A stretch of 64,000 nucleotides of DNA from an uncultured bacterium (GCA_964573295.1 CAZNJE010000013.1:14099-78098); one strand, 5' to 3'; positions 20,769 through 30,892 are shown, counted from the first letter of the stretch. Numbers and translations are program-made. Notes: generated by a model from the sequence alone, not told the origin.

Positions 20769-21804
20769 GTTGCCGCCCTCCCTTCGCGGCTGGTCCGAAA
20801 CCCTCCGCCGACCCGCGTCCCTCCGCCGACCCGCGTCCCTCCGCCGACCCGCGTCCCTTCGCCGACCCGCGTCCCTTCGCCGACTCGTATCCCTCCACTG
20901 CCCGGGATCCGGACTCCGCGGGCACGTCGCTCTCAGCACCCGGCTGCAGGGCTTCCAGGAGCGGGGAGTTCTCGTCCAGCACGATGGTGGTTTCTTCGTC
21001 GAAGATCTTCTTGTAGGCCTCCAGAGAGCGTACGAAACGATAGAAGGACAGGTCTCCCCGATAGGTGTCGCCGTAGATGCGCATGGCCTCAGCTTCCGCG
21101 GTGCCACGGATGACACCGGCCTCGTGCTCGGCCTCGGCCAAGATGGTCCGGCTGGCCAGATCGGCCTCGGCGCGAATGCGCAGCGCCTCCTCTTCCCCTT
21201 CCGCGGCGTACCTGCGCGCGATGCGGTTTCGTTCGGCGCGCATGCGCTTGTAGAGCGCGGCCTTGTTCTGTTCGGGCAACATGATCTGCTTGACGAACAC
21301 ACGCTCGATGTGAATCCCCATGCCCTCGCTGGCATCCCGCAGGGCCGCGGTCAAATCTTCGACCAGCCGGTCGAATGCGAGCTGCCCGGCATCGATATTG
21401 ACCAGCGCATCGAGATCGCATTGACCCAGCAGCATGCCCGTGAAAGAGGTCATCAGATCGGTCAACCGCAGTTCCAGGCCCTTCACGTCGCGCACCGTCT
21501 TGATGAAAACGATCGGATCGATGATGCGGTAACAGATCGCCTCCGCCAGAACGACGTTCTTCTTGTCCGCCGTCAAGAATTCCGAAGGCCGCGGTTCGAT
21601 CACCGCGAGACGCGCGTCCAGACGGCGTGGCTGATCGATCGGCGCGGGCAGCTTCCAGTAGAGACCCGGCTGGGTGATAACGCGCACCGGCTTGCCAAAG
21701 CGCTGCACGACAGTGATCTCCCCTTGCTGGGAGACGACCGTGCAGAGGAGCAGTGTCACGCCGGCCAGGACGACCAATGGAATCAGGGATAGACGTTTAT
21801 TCAT
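20758..21804 (-). CDS. hflC: HflC-like SPFH protein
   Basis: VVQRFGKP, PGLYWKLP, FLTADKKNVV, RMRAERNRIARRYAAEG, FYRFVRSLEAYKK. Confidence 0.9.
   Translation of the reverse strand: MNKRLSLIPLVVLAGVTLLLCTVVSQQGEITVVQRFGKPVRVITQPGLYWKLPAPIDQPRRLDARLAVIEPRPSEFLTADKKNVVLAEAICYRIIDPIVFIKTVRDVKGLELRLTDLMTSFTGMLLGQCDLDALVNIDAGQLAFDRLVEDLTAALRDASEGMGIHIERVFVKQIMLPEQNKAALYKRMRAERNRIARRYAAEGEEEALRIRAEADLASRTILAEAEHEAGVIRGTAEAEAMRIYGDTYRGDLSFYRFVRSLEAYKKIFDEETTIVLDENSPLLEALQPGAESDVPAESGSRAVEGYESAKGRGSAKGRGSAEGRGSAEGRGSAEGFGPAAKGGRQHAP
20801..20890. repeat. 18-bp tandem repeat x5 (CCCTCCGCCGACCCGCGT) in the HflC C-terminal tail
   Basis: Seen directly; encodes (K/E)GRGSA repeats. Confidence 0.95.
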
Positions 21805-23611
21805 AGTCGAGGTTTTCCTCTAGGGACGAAAGAACGATGCGCCGCTGGGTGGCAGCCGGCAAAATGGTGATCCGCTTTCCGGCGAGCACTTCCTCGATCG
21901 CGTCCCAGTGCAGGCGAATACGATGAACATTCTCGTCGATTCCGAAGGCGTGCTGTTGCAAGCGAAACCGGTCGGCTCCGCCCAGGGCAGCCACAACCCG
22001 GGTGATCGAATCGGCCTCGGCCGCCTTGACCAGAGCAACGGCTTGGCCACGGCTGCGGGGCACCAGTTCGTTGCTGTATTCGTGCGCCCGATGGATGACC
22101 TCGCTCTTTGTCTCCTTGGCGCTCACCACGGCCCGGTACTGTGGTACGACCGGAAGGGGCGGATGGGCTTCGAGCGAGTAGACCTGGTGGATGGCCACGC
22201 CGATGTCCAGTTCGGCCGCCCGCCGTCTCAAGCGAGGCAGCAGAGTGTCCTGAAGCCGCTGGCGATCGGACGTCAGCAAGCCGTCGAGGGGGATGTGCCG
22301 CTGCACGGCATGGACTTCATGGGCGAAGGCGGCCCGGAGGATCTCGACGGGATCCCGGGCTTGGAGCCCAAAGCGCACGGGATCGATGATCCGATAGTAG
22401 CACACCACGCGACTGTCGACGAGATTCTCATCGCCGGTCAGCGTCAGTGCCTCCTCGGGACGTGTGCGGAAGCGCCCCTGTGTATGCATCGCTTCCCATA
22501 GATTGGCGGAAAGCGAGTCATCCTCGGCATTGAGGTCGGTGCGGAATCCGAGCTCCAGGCGAGAGAGAAGACCGGTACCGATGATCTCGACCGTCCCGAA
22601 GGGCGGCGGCGCGTGAAGGTGCAGGCCGGGGCCGTGCACCGCCACCGCGCGTCCCAGGCCGATCTCGACACCTTCCTCCCAGGGCTGGACGCTGTAGAAC
22701 CCAAGCCCCCCGTAGAGCCCCAGGATCAACACGACCAGTGCGACCAGAACGAGCGGCGCATGACGTCTGATCCACGCGTCCTGGAGAAAGAACGGGGGAC
22801 GGATGCGTGCGATCCGTTCGTTCAAGCGTCGCCCACTCGCCCGCAGGCTTCGTCCGAGCTCGACCGGCCACCGGGGCAAGACGATCGCTCGCACGACGCG
22901 CTGCAGGCGCAGGGGCAGCCGTTCGAAGCCCCGGGCCAGGCTCTGCTGCATCGCCCGCCCCGTCTTCGCCAGCGAGGCGGGCCAGCGGACGCGCAGTTGG
23001 CCAACCGTGCGGATCAAGAGACGGACGGTCATATTGAGGATCGCCAGTCCGATCAAGGCCGTCATCGCGCGTTCGATGTCCAGGCCGAAATAGCCGACCA
23101 GCAACGTGACCCACACCCCGAACGAGGTCAGAAAGTCGGAATGGGTATGCGCCCCTTCGGCTTCGAAGAGCGGAGAATCGTACCGCCGTCCGATGCGCTT
23201 CTTGTAGCCGGCCATGACGAAGGTCACGACCAGCGCGCAGGAGATGCCGACAAACGCGATCACCTGATTCGGGTCGCGGGCCTGGATGAAGCGGTCGGGC
23301 GGATTCTGGACGACGTAGGTCAGAAGTTCCACGGCGCCCACGCCCATGACCCCGGCCACGCCCAGGCATAGGAGCGATTCGGCGAACCGCCCCCAGCTCT
23401 TCGATAGATAACGGTGGTTGACCAGGATCGACAGCAGCACGGTCGCGGTCACACCCAGGTCGCCCACCGAGTGGAACGTATCGGCCAGCAATACCGTGCT
23501 ACCGGTCAGACGAGAGAGACCATACAGAAGTACGATCAGCCCGGTGTCGGCGCCGATCGCGAGGAGCGAGGCGCGCACGAGGGCCTTGAAGCGAATGGAC
23601 TCCGTGGACAT
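21797..23611 (-). CDS. Fusion of a CDF cation-efflux transmembrane domain and an HflK/SPFH domain
   Basis: N-terminal LLADTFHSVGD and EGAHTHSD (CDF TM2/TM5); C-terminal FYSVQPWEEGV, LTGDENLVD, AHPPLPVVPQYRAVVSAK and VPRSRGQA (HflK); one uninterrupted ORF. Confidence 0.85.
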   Translation of the reverse strand: MSTESIRFKALVRASLLAIGADTGLIVLLYGLSRLTGSTVLLADTFHSVGDLGVTATVLLSILVNHRYLSKSWGRFAESLLCLGVAGVMGVGAVELLTYVVQNPPDRFIQARDPNQVIAFVGISCALVVTFVMAGYKKRIGRRYDSPLFEAEGAHTHSDFLTSFGVWVTLLVGYFGLDIERAMTALIGLAILNMTVRLLIRTVGQLRVRWPASLAKTGRAMQQSLARGFERLPLRLQRVVRAIVLPRWPVELGRSLRASGRRLNERIARIRPPFFLQDAWIRRHAPLVLVALVVLILGLYGGLGFYSVQPWEEGVEIGLGRAVAVHGPGLHLHAPPPFGTVEIIGTGLLSRLELGFRTDLNAEDDSLSANLWEAMHTQGRFRTRPEEALTLTGDENLVDSRVVCYYRIIDPVRFGLQARDPVEILRAAFAHEVHAVQRHIPLDGLLTSDRQRLQDTLLPRLRRRAAELDIGVAIHQVYSLEAHPPLPVVPQYRAVVSAKETKSEVIHRAHEYSNELVPRSRGQAVALVKAAEADSITRVVAALGGADRFRLQQHAFGIDENVHRIRLHWDAIEEVLAGKRITILPAATQRRIVLSSLEENLDYE

Positions 23612-23805
23612 ACGCTGCGGCCCACCGCGCTCGCATGTTTCGGGCTCGTGTGTACCCTGTTTGGCGGTACCGTGCTCGGGTCTGTCAGTTGCAGGCATCC
23701 GGCCCCCTCGTGGGTCTCAAAACCACGATACGGGGACCCCGCGCATCGGCGCGGAGCCCCCGCAAATCAGATCAATGCGTAGGACGATTCCAGCCTAGAT
23801 CGCGC

Positions 23806-25575
23806 TTACTGGAGCACGGTCAGCCGCTTCGTCTCGATGTAACCGTTGACGTCGAGCTTGTACCAGTAGGTACCGCTGGCGCAACGAAGGCCGTTGGCGT
23901 CCGTGCCGTCCCACATCAGCGAGTGGGCGCCGGCCGACATCGTCTGATCGGTCAATGTCCGAACCGTACGACCCTGCACATCGAGAATCTCCAGCGAGGC
24001 GTGCACCTCGTTGGGCAGATCGAACTTGATGTTGGTGGTCGCCCGCACCGGATTCGGCCAGTTGGCGTACAGCAGCCCGCCGGAGCGAACGTCGTCGTTC
24101 GTGCCCGGTTCGAACGGCTCGTCGTCCAGAATCGGCGTCGGCTCGTCAAACAGGGTGAAGATCGCCAGCGCAAGCTCGGTGTTGTCCAGGTAGTTGCCCA
24201 CCACCGGGTCGAGCTCATCCGCGTAGGAAGCCAGGACGTTCGAGCCATAGCCCTTGTAGAAGAACGGAATGGCCTGGTTCGTATGTCCCGCCGAATTGGT
24301 CGGATTCTGCCAGTCGTCCCCGGGAGCACTGTAGAAGTAGAAGCCGGGAACTACGCCAGGGCCGTTGTCGGCGACCGGAGCGAACCAGGTATCGGGGTTC
24401 TCCGGATCGACGCCATCACCCCACAAGAAGCCGGTCTCGTGGTCACCGGTGACCACGACCAGTGTCTCGTTCCAGTTGCTGTGGGTCTCAACCCAGTCGA
24501 CGACCGCCTGGAAGGCGTTGTTCCAGTCATTCTGCTCTTCGATCTGGCGACCCATCAGGCGGGCGTGACCCGCCCAGTCGATGGCGCCACCCTCGATCAT
24601 CAGGGCGAAGCCGTCGGCATCCTGGCCCAGGACGTTCAGTGCACCGCGCGCCATCGTCTCGAGCGTGGGGACATTCGCGATCATCGGATCGTGGTAAGGG
24701 GGGAGGGTGGTGTTGTAGTTGCCGCCGTAGGGCACGCTGTCGCCGCTGCGGTTGAACTGCAGGGTGTGCGAGACCTGGGTCACACCAAAGACCTTCTCAG
24801 CCTGGAGAGAGCCGTCGGCCAGCGCCTCGAAGTCGGCCTTCTCATCCATGAAGGTCCAATCGGTCATGCCGCTGGACAGATCCGTCCACAGATCGTAGCC
24901 GCCAACATACTTCCAGTCACCCGGCGCCTCCGGGTCGCCGGGATCCCATTGGCCGTCGGCGTCGTAGTTCGGGTGACCGCAACCCATCACGACTTCGGCA
25001 TCACTGGCGGCCAGCTCTTGGGCGATTTCGGCGTAGTTGTTGCGGCTCTCGTTGTGGGCGACGAAGGTGGCAGGGGTCGCATGGCTCAGCTGCACACTGG
25101 TAATGACGCCGGTAGCCTTGCCAAGTTCCTCGGCCCGCTCGAAGATGTGGAAAAGCGGCTCGCGCTGGCCCGGACCGTCACCGATGCTCATGCCGATTGA
25201 TCCCTTGTAGGTCTTGACGCCCGCCGACATGGCCGTACCCGCCGCCGCCGAGTCGGTGGCGTAGTTCTGCATGTACCACCAGTCGTTCCAGGCCATGTCC
25301 GGATCATAGCCGTAGATGCCGACGAAACCACCGCCACCGTACGGGGGGGTCTCGCCACCTTCGAGGTACATGTAGTTCGTCATGCCGCAGTAGTTCCACG
25401 TCGGATCCACCTCGTACTCCATTCGCTCGCCCTGGTAGTAGGCCGTGGCGTCCAAAGTGGACTGGCCCCAACCATCGGAAATCATGATGATCACGTTCTT
25501 GAGCTCGGCCTGGGCGGTTCCCACCGCTAGAACCAGCGCCAGCACGACGAGCAGTCCCTTGATGCTTCCTCGCAT
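23806..25575 (-). CDS. phoA: Secreted alkaline phosphatase with FlgD-like C-terminal domain
   Basis: IMISDGWG, TDSAAAGTA, HATPA, IEGGAIDWAGH, VTGDHETG; tail NWPNPV...WDGTDANG..CASGTYWYKL. Confidence 0.9.
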   Translation of the reverse strand: MRGSIKGLLVVLALVLAVGTAQAELKNVIIMISDGWGQSTLDATAYYQGERMEYEVDPTWNYCGMTNYMYLEGGETPPYGGGGFVGIYGYDPDMAWNDWWYMQNYATDSAAAGTAMSAGVKTYKGSIGMSIGDGPGQREPLFHIFERAEELGKATGVITSVQLSHATPATFVAHNESRNNYAEIAQELAASDAEVVMGCGHPNYDADGQWDPGDPEAPGDWKYVGGYDLWTDLSSGMTDWTFMDEKADFEALADGSLQAEKVFGVTQVSHTLQFNRSGDSVPYGGNYNTTLPPYHDPMIANVPTLETMARGALNVLGQDADGFALMIEGGAIDWAGHARLMGRQIEEQNDWNNAFQAVVDWVETHSNWNETLVVVTGDHETGFLWGDGVDPENPDTWFAPVADNGPGVVPGFYFYSAPGDDWQNPTNSAGHTNQAIPFFYKGYGSNVLASYADELDPVVGNYLDNTELALAIFTLFDEPTPILDDEPFEPGTNDDVRSGGLLYANWPNPVRATTNIKFDLPNEVHASLEILDVQGRTVRTLTDQTMSAGAHSLMWDGTDANGLRCASGTYWYKLDVNGYIETKRLTVLQ

Positions 25576-25882
25576 TGTGTCTCCTCCTTAGAGATACGAC
25601 TCCATGGCTGACTTGGGTGACTTCAAACCCAATCCCAATGTGACAACCGTCGATGACGGGGACGCGAACGACCCTCCGTGGTCCATGTGCATGCGATGAG
25701 ACGTGCTCTCCCTGAGGGAAAGTGGATTCGTCGCCAGCGGGAACCGGACGAACCGTTCACTCCCGACGCCGGGGACTATGCTCCATCGTTGTCAATGTGT
25801 AGTGTGCCGGAAATTAGGAATGCATGAATCGACCGGGAGGGATAGCTCCCGTTGGCGAATGCTGAGGGGCTGGCTGAGGCGC

Positions 25883-28800
25883 CTACTTCGTCTGGACGGC
25901 GGTCCGCCGCCCGCGCCCGAACATTCGGTAGATCGCCGGCAAAACGATCAGCGTCAGGATGTTCGCCGAGACCACCCCGCCGATCACCACGGTCGCCAGG
26001 GGCCGCTGCACCTCCGCGCCGATGCCGGTGTTGAGCGCCATGGGCACGAAACCCAGAGCGGCGACCATCGTTGTCATCAGCACCGGGCGCAGGCGCATCA
26101 GCGCGCCCTGCTCGATCGCTTCATCGGGCGGCTCGCCCGACTCCAGCCGCCGCCGCATGGTGGAGACCAGGACAAGCCCATCGAGCATCGCCACGCCGCA
26201 GACGGCCACAAAGCCGATCCCGGCCGAGACCGTGTAGGGCATGTCACGCAGCCAGAGGGCCAGGATCCCGCCCACCGCCGCAAAGGGGGCGCCGGTAAAG
26301 ATGATGAACGCGTCCCGCACCGAGTTCATGCTGTTGTAGAGCAGGAACAGAATCAGAAGCAGTGCTGCCGGTACGATAAGCCTAAGACTCCTGCGCGCCC
26401 GCTCCATATGCTCGAACTGCCCCGCCATGCGCACGAAGTAGCCCGGCGGCATGTCGACCTCCGCCGCAATTCGATCGCGGGCCTCGGCCACGAAGCTACC
26501 CACGTCACGGCCGTCGACGTTACATTGGACGACGATCCGGCGCTTCTGCCACTCCCGCGTGACCGTCGCGGGGCCTTCCACGTGCTCGATGGTCGCCAGT
26601 TGATCCAGGGGAATGCGCGCGCCGGCGGCGGTGGGTACGAGGATCCTTCGCAGGGCGTCCGGGTGATCCCGGTAGCGTTCGGGCAAGCGCAGCACCAGGT
26701 CGAACCGGCGCTGGTCCTCTCGAATCTCACCCACCCGCACGCCGCCGACCGCTTCGACCAACTCCAGCACATGCTGGGCCGAGACGCCGTGGCGCGCCAC
26801 GGCGTCCTGGTCCACCCGCACCTCGAGTATGGGCTGCCCGGTGATCTGCTCCACGTAGAGGTCGGTGGCGCCCTCGATCGAATCGAGGACATCGGCCACC
26901 TGGTCGGCGGTTTCGCGCAACCGGCCGAGGTCGTCGCCGAAGATCTTGACCCCGATGTCGGTGCGGATGCCGGCAATCATCTCGTTGACGCGCATCTCGA
27001 TCGGCTGCGTGAAGATCATGCGCATCCCGGGCAGACCTGCCAGGTCGGCGCGCATGTGCTCGACCAGCTCATCCTGCGTACTCGCCCGCGTCCACTCATC
27101 TCGCGGGGTCAGGGTGATGAAGATGTCGGTCAGCTCCATCCCCATCGGGTCGGTGGCCACCTCCGCTGTGCCGGTACGCGCCCACACATCGCGAACCTCG
27201 TCGGGAAACTTCTCGAGGATCACCTTCTCGATCTGCGTGCCGTAGCGGATCGACTCCTCCAGCGACACGCCGGCCAACCGGACGGTGTTGATGACGATGC
27301 CTCCCTCCGATAGCCGCGGAATGAATTCCGATCCGATGGTGAGCCCCAACGCCGCGGCGCCGGCCACCACCAACACCGCGCCGGCGATGACCGCACGCCG
27401 CCGCTGCAGCACGAAGTGGATGACCGGCCGGTAAAGGCGCTTCGCCAAGCGCGCGAACCAGCTCTCGCTGAATGTCTGTCCCCGCTTGAGCGCCAGGCTG
27501 GCCAGCACCGGCATGAGAGTGAGCGAGAGAATCATCGAACCCGCCAAGGCGAACAGCAGGGTCAGCGCCATCGGCCGGAAGAGCTTGCCCTCGATCCCTT
27601 CCAGAGCGAGCACGGGTAGGAAGACGACGGCGATGATGAGCTCGCCGTACATCGTGGGCATGCGCACCTCGAGGGCCGCGTCGCGCACCGTCTCTAGAAC
27701 CGAACGACGCTGATCTCCCTCGCAGCGCTCATCTCCCTCGGAAAGCTTTCTGACGCTATTCTCCACCATGACGACCGAGCTGTCGACGAGCAGACCGAAG
27801 TCGATTGCCCCCAGGCTCAGCAGGCTGCCGGCGATGCCGAAGCGAGCCATCCCCTGAGCCGCGAAAAGCATCGACAGCGGGATCGCCGAGGCCACGATCA
27901 AGCCGGCGCGGATGTTGCCGAGGAAGGCGAAGAGCACCGCGATCACCAAAAGGGCGCCAAGCAACAGGTTCTCCTCGACGGTCCTGAGCACTTCGTCGAC
28001 GAGCTCGGTTCGTTCGTAGACCGGCCGGATCTCGACCCCCGCGGGCAGGATCTTGCGGATCTCCTCCATCCGCTGCTGCAGGCGGGTCGTCACCTCGTGG
28101 CTGTTCTCGCCCATCAGCATGAAGCCGAGCCCCAGCACGACCTCACCCTCGCCGTTGGCGGTCACCGCCCCGCGGCGAATCTCGTACCCCTCGCGGACCT
28201 CGCCAATGTCGCGCACGTGGACCGGCACGCCGTCGTGGGCGGTGATCACGATGTTGCCGATCTCCTCGAGGCTGGTCGTGAGGCTCACCCCCTGGACCAG
28301 ATGAAGCTCGCCGGCTTGCTCCAGGTACCCGCCGCCGACATTGAGATTGTTGCGCGCCAGGGCACCGGCGACCTCGTCGAAGGTGAGCTCGTACTTCGTC
28401 AGTCGCACGGGATCGATCATCACGTGGAACTGCTTCTTCTCGCCGCCCCAGGTGTTGACCTCCGCCACCCCGGCGACCGACTGCAATCGCGGCTTGATGA
28501 CCCAATCGTGCAGGGTGGTCAGCTCCCGCAACGTGTGCGTCTCGCTGGAGAGGACGTAGTGGTAGATCTCCCCCAGTCCGGTCGCCACCGGCCCCATCTG
28601 GGGCTGGGCGATGCCCTCGGGCAGCTGGGCCCCTTGCAGACGTTCCATCACGAGCTGGCGGGCGAAGTAGATATCGGTGCCGTCTTCGAAGATCACGGTC
28701 ACCTGCGACAGTCCGAACTTCGAGATCGAGCGGACCTCCTCCAGGCCCGGCAACCCCGAGATCGCCCGTTCGACGGGGAAGCTGATCTGTTGCTCGATCT

Positions 28801-28978
28801 CCAGCGGCGAGAGGGCCGGGGCGGTCGTGTTGATCTGCACCTGGACCGGGGTCGTATCCGGAAAGGCATCCACAGGCAGGCGCAGCACGGTGTGCACCCC
28901 CACCCCGATCAACACCAGGGTGAGAACGATGACCGTCAAGCGGTGATTCAGGGACCAGTTGATGATCGCGCTCAGCAT
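25883..28978 (-). CDS. czcA: CusA/CzcA-family heavy-metal RND permease
   Basis: LPVDAFPDTTPVQV, GAIDFGLLVD, LFRPMA, RLRPVLMT, EVQRPLATVVIGG. Confidence 0.95.
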   Translation of the reverse strand: MLSAIINWSLNHRLTVIVLTLVLIGVGVHTVLRLPVDAFPDTTPVQVQINTTAPALSPLEIEQQISFPVERAISGLPGLEEVRSISKFGLSQVTVIFEDGTDIYFARQLVMERLQGAQLPEGIAQPQMGPVATGLGEIYHYVLSSETHTLRELTTLHDWVIKPRLQSVAGVAEVNTWGGEKKQFHVMIDPVRLTKYELTFDEVAGALARNNLNVGGGYLEQAGELHLVQGVSLTTSLEEIGNIVITAHDGVPVHVRDIGEVREGYEIRRGAVTANGEGEVVLGLGFMLMGENSHEVTTRLQQRMEEIRKILPAGVEIRPVYERTELVDEVLRTVEENLLLGALLVIAVLFAFLGNIRAGLIVASAIPLSMLFAAQGMARFGIAGSLLSLGAIDFGLLVDSSVVMVENSVRKLSEGDERCEGDQRRSVLETVRDAALEVRMPTMYGELIIAVVFLPVLALEGIEGKLFRPMALTLLFALAGSMILSLTLMPVLASLALKRGQTFSESWFARLAKRLYRPVIHFVLQRRRAVIAGAVLVVAGAAALGLTIGSEFIPRLSEGGIVINTVRLAGVSLEESIRYGTQIEKVILEKFPDEVRDVWARTGTAEVATDPMGMELTDIFITLTPRDEWTRASTQDELVEHMRADLAGLPGMRMIFTQPIEMRVNEMIAGIRTDIGVKIFGDDLGRLRETADQVADVLDSIEGATDLYVEQITGQPILEVRVDQDAVARHGVSAQHVLELVEAVGGVRVGEIREDQRRFDLVLRLPERYRDHPDALRRILVPTAAGARIPLDQLATIEHVEGPATVTREWQKRRIVVQCNVDGRDVGSFVAEARDRIAAEVDMPPGYFVRMAGQFEHMERARRSLRLIVPAALLLILFLLYNSMNSVRDAFIIFTGAPFAAVGGILALWLRDMPYTVSAGIGFVAVCGVAMLDGLVLVSTMRRRLESGEPPDEAIEQGALMRLRPVLMTTMVAALGFVPMALNTGIGAEVQRPLATVVIGGVVSANILTLIVLPAIYRMFGRGRRTAVQTK

Positions 28979-29081
28979 GCTCGGCTCCTTCTGTTGACCC
29001 TAGCGGGCGGCCCAAGGCCGTGCGGTACAGGGCCGATCGGTCCGCACGCAGGAACCCATCGGCCGCGCCCCGCCCGGTGTC

Positions 29082-30737
29082 CTACTGGCCCGGATGCACC
29101 TCGCAACAACCGGCACCCAGGTTGCCGCGCAGGATCTCGGTCTTGAGCAGGAAGCTTCCCTGGGTGACGACCTCGTCTCCGGGGGCGATGCCCGCGAGCA
29201 CCTGGTAGGACCCGCCCTGGGCGTCGCGCAGCTGTACCGCGCGGGGCTGGTAGACCGCATCGCTCTGCTTCACGAAGACCACATTGCAGCAGCCCTCCCA
29301 CTGGACGGCCGCCTGGGGAACGACCAGGGCCGGTTCGCGATCCCGCACCAGGACATTCGCCTCCGCGAACATGTGTGCCTTCAGCAGGCCGGTGGAGTTG
29401 TCGAACTCGGCGCGGGCCCGCAGCGTGCGCGTGCGCGGATCCAGCTCCGCGCTCACCCAGCTGATGTAGCCGCCGAAAACCCGCTCGGGCAGACTGGCGA
29501 CGCGCAAGGTCACGGTCTGTCCCTTGGCAATCTCATCGAGGTCGGCCTCGTAGACATCGAGGATCGCCCACATCTGGGTCACATCGGCGACCGCGAAGAG
29601 CGGCTTGGCCGGACCGACGACTTCACCCACGACGGCATGCCGCTCCACGACCACCGCATCGAAGGAGGCGGTGATCAGGTAGCGGGGACTCGTGTCCTGG
29701 GTTCGCGTGATGGCGTCGATCTCGTCGGCGGAGAGCCCGAAGCTCAGGAGCATCTGCTCGGCTTCGGCCAGCTCGATGCGACTCTCGGCCAGTTGGGTCT
29801 CCATCTCGAGCAGCACCTTCTCGCTGGATAGGCCGCTCGCGTGCAGCTCGGCCTCGCGCTCGTGATTCTGCCTCCGGAGCTTGGTGACCGCCCGCGCTTT
29901 GAGGTAGTGCGACTTCGCCACGCCCAGGTCGGGCGAGGTGATGACGGCCAGCACGTCGCCGGCTTCGACCTCATCGCCCAAGTCGGCATGGACCTCCGCC
30001 ACGATCCCCGGCATCTGCGGGGCCAGACGGGCGTAGAGGTTGCGGTTGTAGTCGAGCACGGCATTGCACTCGACCCACCGGCTGACCGGCTGAACCCGCG
30101 CCGTGGCGAACTCGAGTCCCGCCTCTTGGGCAATCGCCGGAGAAGCGAGGCGTACGATCGAGTTCACCTTGGCGCACACGGTGGCCGGCGCCTGGTGCAT
30201 TCGGGAAGGTGTGGCCGCACCCAGATCCCAACCGGACCCGCCAGCCTGTTCGCCGCCCCCGGTCACTGGAGCGGGAGACACGTTGCCGCCCGCCGCGGCC
30301 TGGACGGGAGACCAGGCACCAGCGCCAGCTTCCGCGTGGGCGGCCGAGCCTGCCCCGCCGCCACCCGCGTTCGCCGGGGCCACCTCGGGATTGCAGATGG
30401 CGCACTGCGACTCGGGCCGCTCGTGCGGGGCACACCAATCCCCCACCGCCTTGAACGCGGGGATGAGAGCGGAATTGCACTGGTAGCACAAAGCCTCCGG
30501 CACGCCGTGGCCGGGGCACGGTCCCATCGACTCGATCAGGGACGGATTGCAGAAAGGACACTGGGCCTCGGCGATCTGGTGCTCGGCGCAGAATGCACCC
30601 TCTTGGGCCGACACCGACGCGTCGGATCCCAGCACCTCGGCCTCGCGGCCATCCTGCCGGTCGCAGCCGAGCTGCGCCGCGGCCAGGATCAGCAGCAAGA
30701 TCACGAGAGACCATCCCAGGGATTGGATGCGCTTCAT
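29082..30737 (-). CDS. CzcB-like RND periplasmic adaptor lipoprotein with N-terminal Cys/His motifs
   Basis: Lipobox AQLGC; three CxxH..xE..CxxC motifs; MFP core; C-terminal VVTQGSFLLKTE...GCC. Confidence 0.9.
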   Translation of the reverse strand: MKRIQSLGWSLVILLLILAAAQLGCDRQDGREAEVLGSDASVSAQEGAFCAEHQIAEAQCPFCNPSLIESMGPCPGHGVPEALCYQCNSALIPAFKAVGDWCAPHERPESQCAICNPEVAPANAGGGGAGSAAHAEAGAGAWSPVQAAAGGNVSPAPVTGGGEQAGGSGWDLGAATPSRMHQAPATVCAKVNSIVRLASPAIAQEAGLEFATARVQPVSRWVECNAVLDYNRNLYARLAPQMPGIVAEVHADLGDEVEAGDVLAVITSPDLGVAKSHYLKARAVTKLRRQNHEREAELHASGLSSEKVLLEMETQLAESRIELAEAEQMLLSFGLSADEIDAITRTQDTSPRYLITASFDAVVVERHAVVGEVVGPAKPLFAVADVTQMWAILDVYEADLDEIAKGQTVTLRVASLPERVFGGYISWVSAELDPRTRTLRARAEFDNSTGLLKAHMFAEANVLVRDREPALVVPQAAVQWEGCCNVVFVKQSDAVYQPRAVQLRDAQGGSYQVLAGIAPGDEVVTQGSFLLKTEILRGNLGAGCCEVHPGQ

Positions 30738-30892
30738 GGCTATTCTCCTCCCGATGTGCACGCGAGCGTGCCCGCTGATCGACACGTGCGTGCGCATGAC
30801 GGCGGCCTACTCTGCTCGGATGCCTGCCGGCAAAGAGTCCGCCCGTTGTCTGTTCGGACAAGAAAGGTTGGTGGTGATGGCGAGACCGGGTA

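Noticed and set aside
25576-25700. Pho box upstream of alkaline phosphatase
   Set aside because: Only one TGTCA-like half-site; no 11-bp-spaced direct repeat.
25703-27313. Long antisense or alternate-frame ORFs (also 1-516 +, 34832-36100 -, 41226-42911 -, 47045-48289 +, 52635-53696 +)
   Set aside because: Shadow ORFs typical of high-GC DNA that overlap well-supported genes and carry no motifs.
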